Source: Octopus vulgaris (taxonomy: Eukaryota). From it: a stretch of DNA of 64,000 bases. A program made the position numbers and the translations under genes. This document shows, in pieces, positions 37,501-50,241 of the stretch. The first letter of the stretch is position 1, and each line of letters begins with the position of its first letter. The stretch covers positions 47,368,001-47,432,000 of the forward strand of contig OX597819.1 of the NCBI GenBank assembly GCA_951406725.2. Direction: 5' to 3'. The notes under the pieces are model-generated. The model did not search any database. It was not told the DNA's origin and was given only the letters and a program-made list of their open reading frames with translations.

Positions 37501-40092
37501 ACGGACTGATCATCCAGTATTTTCTTTTACCCAAAGACAAGAACTTTTCAATACCCCTTTGTGGAATTGTACAATATAATCAGTCCAGACCTGACATAAG
37601 ACATCAATGGGTAAGCCGTAAAAATTCACTGTCACTGCCTATGGGCATAGCATAGCAGATAAAGGTGTTGGTTAATGCAGTGCAGTCACCTAGAGGTTCT
37701 AAGTTCAATCCCAGGCAAAGCACTAAGATGAATCACAAGGTACCACCTGAAGAAGGTTGGAGCATACAACAGCCAAAACATAGTGAAAGTAACAACCAAG
37801 TTCAGGACATATAGTTTGACTAATGTAAACAGCATACATAATCATCATCATCATTGTTTAACGTCCGTTTTCTGTGCTAGAACGGGTTGGACGGTTCGAC
37901 TGGGGTCTGGGAAGCCAGGAGGCTGCACCAGGCTTCAGTCTGATCTGGCAGTGTTTCTACAGCTGGATGCCCTTCCTAACGCCAACCACTCCGTGAGTGT
38001 AGTGGGTGCTTTTTACGTGCCACCAGCACAGGTGCCAGGGGAATCTGGCAGCGGCCACGATTGGTTGGTGCTTTTAACGTGCCACCAGCACAGAAGCCAG
38101 TCAAGGCGGCGCTGGCATCGGCCACGTTTGAATGGTGCTTTTTACGTGCCACCGGCACAGAAGCCAGTCAAGGCGGCGCTGGCATCGGCCACGTTTGGAT
38201 GGTGCTTTTTATGTGCCACCAGCACCTAATGTGGATGTATTGTTAGAACACCAGATGCTGTGTTGTTTGCCTTGAGAGGCCCTTTCATATAGATTTGGTG
38301 CAAGACAAATACAACATTCCAACAATTGACCTACTTTGTCAAATTTAACCCTTTAGCATTCAGATTATTCTGTCAAATGTAATGTTTATTTATTCACATT
38401 GACATGAATTTATCATGCATTATCTTGGAGCTTTGAGATTTCAACGATGTGATTGTTTTTAGAATGACATTGTGGGATAGGTATGAGAGGCCTGATCTGG
38501 CCAGTTTGATTATAAAACAAGTAGAATATTTGGGTCGGATATGGCTACTTTGAGTACTAAAGGGTTAAAACATTATTGTAATATGTAATGCTGAGACTTT
38601 TATTTATTTGTAACTTGTTACAAAACTACGACCAACGATTACAAGGCTACTTAAGTGTTTGCCATTGTATCTGAAGAATTGCAAATCTATGGAAGTTAAC
38701 GAAATCTCAGCTTGTTCTTGTGAATACTTGCCAGGAGCCAGAAGTTATTTATTTGCTCCAAATTTACAGAGCCAATTAATTCAATAGCAGCCTGGGAAAA
38801 GAGAGAATGACGAAAGAAAAAAAAAACGAGAAGAAAAAGGACAGAGATAGAAGAAAGGAAAAAAGAGGAGTGAAGAAGAAAAAAGAGAGAGAGAGAGAGG
38901 GGAAGAAAGGGAGAGAGAAGAAGAAATGATTGTGGAGGTGGTAATAGGATTTGGCAAGAAGAGATGAATGTTTACTGAAAAAGTAAACCATAGTTTGTAT
39001 TAATGGGGTGCGGGGTAGAGAAAGATTTGAACTATTAACCTCATCTTAGAAATTTTTTAATAGTTTAGTTTCTGCTTGTCATCAGTCAATTATATGTGTG
39101 TAGTGTGTGTGTGTGTGTGTGTATACATACAAACACACATAAGTGCAGGTATGGCTCTGTGTGTGTATGTGTGTATATGTGTGTGTTTGTGTGTGTATGG
39201 GTGCAGGTGCAGCTGTGTATTAAGAAGTTTGCTTCTCAACCACATGATTCTGGGTTCAGTTCCACTGTATGGCACCTTGGGCAAGGGTTTTCTATTATAG
39301 CCCTGGGCCTATCAAAGTCTTGTGAGTATATTTGGTAAGAAGCTCATTGCATGTGTGTGTGTGTGTGCTTGTCACCCACCACCACTTGACTACAGGTATT
39401 TGTGTGTTAGCATCCCTGTAACTTAGTGGTATGACAACTACTAGAATGTAGCAAACTTCCTAAGAATATATTTTAATAGAGCTGAGTGAAATGTAGATAA
39501 GAAAGAACAACACCTGAGGAGATGCAATCAAGTAACAATAAATGATCCACGATTGTTAGTTTTCCAGTTTAGGAACATACCTGCTGCAGCATTCATGTGG
39601 TTTACGTTTTTAGACTTTAGCTTCAACAACTTTTGTAGTGCAGGAGGTAGTGCAATAGGCTGTCTTTGTTGTGTCATAGAATTTTCATATTCTTCTTGAG
39701 AAACTACTGGTAGTTCTTCTTTAGTTCCACATGTTGTTTTCACTCCATACAACGTATGACCAATCACATCTGGAAGATATAAGAAAAAGGAAAATGACAA
39801 TTAAATGAATCACAGGACAGGTACACTAGAAATTATGGATTATATTAATGTCTTTTCCTGCTTTAGACTATTGGACATAATCAATGGATTTTCATAAAAG
39901 AAATAACTGTAGAGTTAGGGCTTAAAAAAACAAAACAACAACAACAACAAATAATAATGATTATAAAACCCTATAATAATAGGTGCATTAGGTATGATTA
40001 AAAAACATACAGACAAGTACATAATCAAAAGTGAAGTGAAAGTACATGTTAAAAACATGATTATTGAATAATAATAATAATAATAAATAATA

Positions 40093-40126
<34 letters not shown>

Positions 40127-40655
40127 GTAATAATAAATGCCCTGATGCAGTACCAGGCAGTGGTTCTCGTGGCTTCTGATCTTAACTGATTAGAAGTGTT
40201 ATCATGTACATTGTTTTGTCTTGGTATAAAAGATGGGCTACAGCAAATATTCTGCTCAATACCACAGATTTGCTTGTCAGTTGTTTGACCTTAACCAGCT
40301 GAGCATGTCCCTTAGTGGCTGACAATATGTGCATCTCTGATCATGAGCAGAAGTAGTGGGAGAGCATCATAGCCATGTGTTGAGAAGGATTCTTTGGGGT
40401 TTGAATAATTCACCTCAGGGAACATGGGTGTTTCATTCAACATCCTTAAGCAACCCTTATTCAGGGACCTTTTGAGCGGGATGGGTTACTCGACCAGAAG
40501 AAAATTCTAACCGGGCCCCACTTGCAAGGTCATGTGCTGTTTATCTTGATATGAGATCACCATGTCACGCACATATGGTTGCGATGCATGTGTAGACTGG
40601 GCTTCGTATAGTTTACCCCAGTGTCACTTTGATAGCATGCACAGCTCTCTCACTC

Positions 40656-40693
<38 letters not shown>

Positions 40694-43600
40694 GCACTGC
40701 TTGAAACTGCTCAAATACTCTGGAAGGTGCTTGAAAAATAAGAGGTGTTACCTTAGTTCACTGCATGCATATCAACACAAAAAAATATATTAGTTTCAAA
40801 TGTAGGCACAGAGCCAGCAATTTCGGAGAAGAGAGTAAATTGGTTACATTGACCCCAGAGCTCAACTGATATTTTATCAACCCAATAAAGTTGAAAAGCA
40901 AAGTCAGCCTTAGTGGGATTTGAACTCAGAACACAAAGACAGAGGAAATGCCACAAAGCATTTTGTCTGGCACAGTATTGATTCTGCCAGTTCAGCACCT
41001 TAAACACACACACAAAAAATATTGGTGGAACATTCCCATCAAAACTTTTCCCATGCTTGAACAGAACAAGCCTGATATAATTATTAGGGATTGAAAAAAA
41101 AAGTCATATATTGTGATTGATGTTAACTGCCCTGAAGATGTGAACATCTCTTCTGAAATAAGAAAGAAGAATATTTATAGACTGCTTCTAAATCTACAGC
41201 TCATCTACTCTAATTATAAATTCACTAGTAAATAATTTATGCACTCAGTTATCTTAATAAATGTCTGAGTAACTATATGGAAATGCTAGGATTTGGGGAC
41301 AAAGAGAAAGACCAACTAACACATACTTTACAGATATAATCATCTGTAAGAGGATCAGCAAAAAATGAAAAGCAAAGTTATCCTTAGCAACATATGAATT
41401 TAGAATACAGACAACGAAAACAAATGCCTCAAGTTAGTTCCACTCTATGCTCTAATGATTCTGTTGATTCTCCATATTGATTGAGCCAATAAGGGGATCT
41501 CTGTGGGATTGTTTGACTTACAAAAAATAGCAGCCAAATCTTCTTCAAATCATACCTAGTTAGCATAAAATTCAGACACTTTTGATAAGGTTCAACAGGT
41601 GCAGGCCTGTATGATATTATTGACTGTGTGGTTAAGGTGGTGGGTTGACAGAAATGTTAGCACACTGAACAAAGTGCTTAGTGGTATTTCGCCTATCGCT
41701 ACATTCTGAGTTCAAATTCTGGCAAAGTCGACTTTGCCTTTCATCCTTTCGGGGTCGATAAATTAAGTACCACTTGCATACTGGGGTCGATCAAATCGAC
41801 TGCCCTGCTCTGCCAAAATTTCAGGCCTTGTGCCTATAGTAGAAAGGACTATTGACTGTATGGTTAAAATGTTTGCTTTGCAATCACATGGTTTCAGTTT
41901 CAGTCCCACTGTGTGGCATCTTAGGCAAGTGTCTTCTACTATAGTCTTGCAGTGACCAATGTGTTATGAGTGAATTTGATAGAGGGAAACTGCTAGAAGC
42001 CCATCATGTGTGTATGTGTGTGCATGCACACATGTGTGAATGCTTATGAATATCCATATTCTGTGCTTATCATGGCTTGAGTGAAATGGGTGACATTATT
42101 GACATTCCTTGTTGGCATTAAGATTAGTCACTGTGCTTTTGAAGATCAATGGAATACAGAAATCCCTTACTTGAAAAACAGGTAAGGGTTGGTGACAGGT
42201 AAAGCATCCAGCTGTAAAATTATGGTTCAAATGAAATCCAATCTAAACCCATGCCAGCATGGAAAAACAAATGGTAAAACAAAAAAAGGTGTGTGTGTGT
42301 GTGTGTTAATACTTGTTTTTATGTTCAGTTATAATTAAAACAATTTTACATTATATACATTTGTAGAGTACAAATTTATTATTCTTATACAAGAATTTTG
42401 TTGATAGTGGCTTTGAAGTTTCAGCCAGCTAAACTATGATCATATATATATATATATATGTATGTACATACTGAAAGATACTGACCTCTATCATAATAAT
42501 CATAGACAACCACTCCTGCTGGAAGACTGCTCAATGCCAACACTTGTTCAATCTCGATTTCAATACATTTTGCAGTTTTATTCATCTTTACAAATAAAGA
42601 AACAAAAAAAAAAAAAGAAGCAAGACATCAGCTGTATTTATCAAAGATAAAAGCAGAAAGAAAGAGGTTTTCCAATGTTCTATGTACAGCATGAAGCTCA
42701 GAGGCATGATGCAGTCTGGATTGCAAAGCAGTGTACAGGAGAGAATTGAGATACTGCATGAAGAGAAGTGTGTTATGGAATTATAATGGTACACTTGCTC
42801 TTATCGAAAAAAATGAAAGAGGCATAGAAGTGCTACTATGAGAGGTTGCTAGATGAGGAGAATGGTTGGGAGAAAGAGGGCCCAGCTATTCAAATTGACT
42901 GCAGTATGGTAGATAGAGCAATTAAGGTTATGTGAAGTAGAGTTGTAGTGACGTCATTCTTCAGTGTGCGTGCACGGGGTTGGAACCTTCTGGAAAAGCC
43001 CAAGGAAGTTTCCTCATGCACATGCACTAAAGACTGGGGAAAAAAATTCTATCGTGTTCCTTGTTAGGTGACTTGAGACATGGCTACTGAAGAGAGAAGA
43101 CGTGTTTAACGTGTTATCAGTCTATGCTCCAGTCCCAGACGCTTGGGATTTGACCGGCTCTGTTGCTGCTGGAGTTTTTGTGAGGTTTATCTTTACAAAT
43201 GTTTAACTTCAGTCTTGCTGTACCTACACCAACGTGCCTTCTTTATGTAAATAACGAAATAAAGTGTCATATTTTCTAAGGTTGCTTTCTTGTTCCCGAC
43301 ACCGGTAGTTTTTGGAAACAAAGAAGGAAATTGTGTTGCACCCAAACAGTGCAAAAGACACAACCTGTTCCAGACAGTTCCTTTACAGAGTTAATCTATG
43401 GGTACTGTAGTAAAACTATGTGCAACAGAATAAATCTATATATAGTTGAATAAATCTATGTATAATGTGGAGCACATATGTGTATTATAGAAATTCTATG
43501 TGTAGTTTTACACTTACCTCATCAAAATATAAATATACATAGTCTTCTGTCATTTCATACTTTTTAACACCGACTTTTTCTGTATGTTTTGGCTGAAAGA

Positions 43601-44862
43601 TCATTAAAACAACACAAATATTAAAGCAGATACAAAACTAGATAAGCAGTAAATATTAATTTATTTTGTTTTGTCTCAAAGGTGAGGAGCTGGCAGAATT
43701 GTTAGCATGCTGGGCGAAATGCTTAGCGGTATATCATCTGCTGCTACGTTCTGAGTTAAAATTCCATTGAGGTTGACTTTGTCTGTCATCCTTCCAGGGT
43801 CAATGAAATAAGTACCAGTTATGCACTGGGGTTGATGTAATCGACTAGCCCCCTTCTCCCAAAGTTTTCAAGACCTTGTGCCTAGAGTAGAAATAATTAA
43901 TTTATTTTGTCTCTGCACTTGGACAACAGTTCTAGGGCTGGTGTGTCCATTATAATACATTCAATTGTTTACAATATATTACTGGTACTTATTTTGTGAG
44001 GGATGAATGGAAAAGTCTATGTAGATAAGACTTGAACTCGGAACATAAAGGAGTGAGGTGTTTATTCCAACACTCACTCACTTCTGACAACTCATCTTAC
44101 AATATCTCATAAGCAAATAGATAATACTGGTTTCAAATTTTTGCATAAGGCCAGCAATTTCTGAGGAGGGGATCAGTTGATTATATTGATTCCAGTGTTC
44201 AACTGCTATTTATTTTCTCGACTTCAGAAGGATGAAAGACAAAGTTGATCTTGGTGGAATTTGAACTCAAAACACGAAGACAGATGAAATGCCACTAAGC
44301 GTTTTTCTCAGCGTGCTAATGATTCCACCTGCGCATTGTCTTAAGCAAATAGATAATAGTGATTTCTGATATTGACACAAGATGATACATTTACAGTCAA
44401 GAGGTAAAGACATTTAAATTGTCCCCAATACATCACAGGTACTACTTTCAGTTAACCCATACATACATGTATGCATGTCCTTGTCCAGTTTTATTTCAAG
44501 ATTTCTTGCCAACAGAGAAAGAGCTGGTTTCTAATCTAGATTTAAGGCTCCTTCATTGGACTTTCAGCATCAGCAACAGGGTATTTTTGTTTGTATGTGT
44601 GTATGTATGTATGTATGTATATATGTATGTATGTATGCATGCATGCATGCATGTATATGTGCAGGTTTGTATGTTTTGCTTTATGAATGTATTCTCATGT
44701 ATATAGCTTCATATCTAGACATGCTCATATATATTTAAATGATAAACTTCTGGAAAATTTGACAAATTTTTATAGTTCCAGTGATGGATTGGATCTGTGG
44801 TCTTCGGATTAGTTTTACACCCTTCTGGTTTTGAGAAGCTTAATTTCTCAGGATTGGGTGGT

Positions 44863-44894
<32 letters not shown>

Positions 44895-47800
44895 ACTTTC
44901 ATCTTTTATCTTACTTCTTTCAATCAGATTGTGGCCATACTAGGGCACAACCTTGAAGTGTTTAGTTGAACAAATCAGCCCCATTTTTTTCTAAGCCTGG
45001 TATGTATTTTATTAGTCTTGTTTTGCCAAAGCACTAAGTTACAGGGATGTAAACAAACCAGCACTGGTTGTGAAGTGGCGGTGATGGGGGACAAACACAA
45101 AGACACATACAGAAATGTATACATATATATATTGGGTCATTCCATAAGTAATGAGGTTTTTTCCACCTGCATGAACTAAAGGTCAGAGGGGGATGGGATA
45201 AACTACCTGCATCAACTTGCTATAAAAGCAGGTAGTAATTTTACCTTGTCCTTATTCTTAGTGCAAGTTTTGAAGAGTGTAGTTCAATTTTAACAGTTAT
45301 TTTTCCAAAGCTATAATGGAAGTGACAAAGGAACATATTTGGCATATTTTGCTTTATGAGTTCAAGAATGGTAACAACACAATGGAAAGTATGAGGAATA
45401 TTAATGTAGTATATGGGGATCAAATAATAAGTGTAAGCCAGTGTCAACGGTGGTTCGGAAATTCTGAGTGGGAAACTAAGCCTAGAAGACAAGCCTCATC
45501 CTGGAAGATCTGTAGAGTTCGACAAGGATGTCCTGCAAACGCTGGTGGAACAAAATCCCATTATAAGTGTTGAGGAATTAGCAGAGAAGTTTGGATTTGG
45601 TCATTCAACAAGTCATTCAAGCCAGTGCTAGAAGGAAAATGACCATCTTTGGTTTCAAGATGAAAAATATTTTTCCATTAGGATAATGCTCATTCACATA
45701 CAGCAAGGATGACATTCCAAAAGCTGGAGCGGTTTGAATAGGAAACGATGCCCCACCCACCATATTTGCTGGATGTTGCTCCATCTGATTATCATTTATT
45801 CTGTGGTCTTCAAAATTTTTTGGATGGAGAAAACATGAATTCTGTAGACTAGGTCATAACAGCACTGGAGGAGTATTTTTCATCACGGATAAGTGAATTT
45901 TGGAAGAGGGGCCTTGCAAGTCTACCAGATATTTGGAAGAGAATTGTAGAAGATGAAGGAGAGTATATTTTAGATTAAAAAAGAACTTTGTTTATCTTAA
46001 TTTCGAAAAATAAAAGAAATATAAAAAAAAATGCATTATTTATGGGATGACCTAATACATATATGACAGGCTTCTTTCAGTTTTCCCTCAATCAAATCTA
46101 CACACAAGGATTTGGTTAGCCTGAGACTAAATTAGAAGAAACTTGTTGAGAGTGCCATGCAGTGGAACTGAACCTTGAACCATGTGGTTGGAAAGCAAAT
46201 TTCTGACTATATGGTCAAGTAAAACTTTGTGGTGCTCCAGCATAGCCACAGTCTAGCACCTGAAGTCAGTGAAAAAGCAAAGATATAATAAAGCGACTCA
46301 CATCAACAATTTGCTGTGGGATCCAACCTGTTAGCATTTTCACTTCCATTATAACAATATTTGTCTTTTCACTCCTCCCTGTGTAACTATTAGAAATAAA
46401 CAACAATTTGATAATTAAACATTAAAAAATTAAAGATACAGATAATGGGGGAAATATGATGGTGTGGTATTCATGCTGCTTCCAAAAATATTAAGTTCTT
46501 CAAATGATGAAACTTGTAATATGTATCAGGAATAAGAGAGTATAAACAATTCCGAAAGTGGAATAAATAGGTTTGTTGTAAGGAAGATAAAAAGTTTAGC
46601 TTTTCAAGCAGAACATTCCATTGTAGTTGATGCTTTTTTTAATGGCTAATAAAGTAGTAGTAGCAGTAAAGACAATAATAACAAGAGCACTCAGAGAGCG
46701 CAAACCTCCGCCAAGGCAACACCAACATCCTCTCAATGATTAGCTGGAGATGATTTTTAAAATGAGAATACCTGAAATATACTCGACTGCTCTCACAAAC
46801 GAGAATTCTAAAAATGAACCCGATTGCTCTCAAAAATTAAGTATAAAAAACTGGAAAAATAATCCAGAATCCTTGTCTGGTACCAGATTGATTCCAAAAT
46901 CTAATCAGTCATGGGGCTGAACATCCCTGAAAGTTTCATCTGAATTTACCCAGCGGTTCTTGAGATATCTTGTCCATGGACAAACAAACAAGCAAACATG
47001 ACTGAAAATAAAACCTCCGCCTTTGCTAAGGCAGAGATAATAATGATTTCAAATGTTTGGTACAAGGTCAGCAATTTCTGAGCACGGATGGGGGAAGTTG
47101 ATTTCAACTAACATTTAGTTGAGAGCAGTATATATAGGAAATCTATAATAAGGTTCTCTAATAAGGTGGTGAGCTGGCAGAAATGTTAGCACACTTGTCT
47201 TTACGTTCTGAGTTCAAATTCTCCCAAGGTCAACTTTGCCTTTCATCCTTTTGGGGTCGATAAATTATATACCAGTTGCATACTGGGGTCGATCTAATAG
47301 ACTAGCTGCCTCCCCCAAAATTTCAGGCCTTGTGCCTAGAGTAGAAAAGAATTTTCTAAAAGGCAGTGAACTGGCAGAAACATTAGCATGCTGGATGAAA
47401 TGCTTAGCAGCATTTTGTTCATCATTACATTCTGAGTTCAAATTCCTTCAAGGTCGATTTTGCCTTTCATCCTTTCGGGGCTGATAAATTAAGCACCAGT
47501 TGTATACAGGGGTCGATCTAATCAACTGGTCCCCTCCCCTCAAAATTTCTGGACTTGTGCCTAGATTAGAAAAGAATAATGTTTTCTAATATTGGCACAA
47601 GGACATGCTTTTTGTGACAAATTGTAAAGTGGATTTAGTTGTAACCCTAGAAGGATGAAAGCTAAGTTGATTTTGCCAGGATTTGAATTCTGAAATATAG
47701 AAGGCCATAATAAATACTGCAAGACATTTTGTCCAACACCCTAATGATATAACTAATCTTAAACTATTGCACGCTGGTTTCACTTAAAAATTCCACGCTG

Positions 47801-48601
47801 TAATTGTTTTCGTTCCAGCAGACAATCTCAGATCAGGTCAGGTCACTTGCTATGCAAGTACATCTCTGTAATCTTAAAGTGATATTTAAAAAGAAAAACG
47901 AAAATCAACAAAATAAGAAATAAGTAAACCAACACTAACCGACTGCAGATTTTCAGCTTCCTTTCAGCACAGTTATTGTAAGTATTTTCCACTGATACAC
48001 GCAAATGGAAGCTCTGTTCTTGTTTTAGATTAAGAACATTGTATGTCAAGGAAGTCTTAAAATGTATAAGAAAAAAAGATACAGAGAATATTAATATGGT
48101 TAGACCAACTTGATTTTGGTGAGGATTTATTTTTTCAAATATTTAAACTTTTTATTGTACAATTTAGTACTGGTCATTATGTAAAATTTCAACAAGCATT
48201 AACAGTGATTATTCCCAAATGCTATCTATCTTGTGTGTATGCATGCAAGCATGCATGCATGTATGTAAGCATGTATGTATTATGTATGTATGTATGCATG
48301 CAAGCATGTATGTATATATGTAAGCATGTATGTAGGTATGCATGCATGTATGTATGTAAGCATATGTTTGCAAGCATGTATATGTGTATGTATACATGCA
48401 TGCATGTATGTATGTGTATGTATACATGCATGCATGTATGTATGCATACATGCAAGTATGTATGTAAGCATGTATGTATGTATGCATGTATGTAAATATG
48501 TAAGCATGTATGTATGCATGTATGAATATATGTATGCATGTATGTATGTATGTAAGCATGTATGTATGCATGTATATAAGCATGTATGTATGTAAGTAAG
48601 C

Positions 48602-48640
<39 letters not shown>

Positions 48641-49376
48641 GTATGTATGTAAGCAAGTGTGTATGTATCTATGTATGTATGCATGTGTGTATATATGCAA
48701 GCATATATATAGAGCATAAAATATTGATACTTCAAATGTTTATATATTTACATTCACTGTTTGGATACGAATAAAGAAAGGTTTACCTGAATGATACCAC
48801 AACCTCTGCCTTCAGCATCAATCCGAATCTTGTTCTTAAATGGCTTTGAATAAGTGAACAATTCAAACTGGTTTTGGTTAGTGAGTTGAAAGGTCTCTGT
48901 TGGGTCATATTCATTGTCAATATAAATGGTTATATCTGCTGGTTCCTGTCGCTCTGACCACATCAGTGCATACTGGGAAATGGCTTGAAATGCTATAACT
49001 GAATCCTGAAATATTAAAAGATTTTAGATTGTAGGTAATTCCATTAGAAACAGAAGGATTCTCAACTAAAGTACAGTACTCAGTACATCAAGTGGAGGCT
49101 ATATTACATTGTCGGGGAAATCAGCAGAGATTGGAATAGCCATGATGATCATTCATTTATATGAATTGAATTGAATCAGTCTTAGTTCACAAGCTGTGGC
49201 CATGCTGAGGCACCGCCATTTATATATATATATATATATTTGTAATATAATATGATGACAATTATTCAGTTGCCATGATAAAACTCCGAGTTTCAGATGT
49301 CGGGGCGGAAACCTTGCACCAGCATCTCTTCAGGGAAAGCTTACCAGCCCTGGTCAAACTGTCCAACACATGCACG

Positions 49377-49428
<52 letters not shown>

Positions 49429-50171
49429 ACTTAAAAGAAACTGAGGAGTTTAAAAAAAGATAATAAAAACCTTTGCAGCCATAAATCCTCCCATAGGTTT
49501 CCGTTGTTTGGTAAGCCACCTGATAACTGGTCTCAAATCTTGCCATTTGCTGGTGGCTTCCGTTCCCAAAAGAGAGAGCAAAGCATAAGATGTTGCTTCA
49601 ATGTCCATAGATGTTATAGAATTGGAGTCTTCTGAATTCAACCAAAATGTTTCTTCCCCTGTAAAATAAATGAATAAATAATAGATAATAAATAATATAA
49701 ATAAATAGGGCACAGGCATAGTTGTGTGGTTAAGAAGCTTGTTTTGCAACCATGTGGTTTTGAGTTCAGTCCCACTGCACAACTCCTTGGGCCAATGACT
49801 TCAACTAGAGTCCTTCTCTAACTAATGCCTTGTGAGTGATTTTGATATATGGAAACTGTGTAGAAGCCTGTTGTATGTGTGTGTGTCTCTCTCTCTCTCA
49901 CGCATGCACACACACACGCAGATAGATATAGATATTTATATTAAGGGCATTACTATACATAAATGCCTCATGCTAGGAGGGACTCTTAAAGTCAAAATTA
50001 CCAGTAGTTTTGACTTTAAGAGTCCCTCCTAGCGTGAGGCATTTATGTATAGTAATGCCCTTGATATAAATAAATATATTTAAAAGGAATAATTAATAAT
50101 TTTTTTTCCGTATGAGATTTTTCCCGCTAACTACTTGATAATTTCTTATGAAGATTTTATCCTATTTTAAA

Positions 50172-50241
<70 letters not shown>

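Noticed and set aside
38640-38791. Possible TEP exon after a long pyrimidine tract (cccag acceptor on -)
   Set aside because: In the required phase it gives G-C-Y-stop; the 39581-to-36257 splice is already phase-consistent.
48205-48735. Several 96-163 aa ORFs rich in H/T/Y/I/C/M/V
   Set aside because: Translations of a microsatellite.
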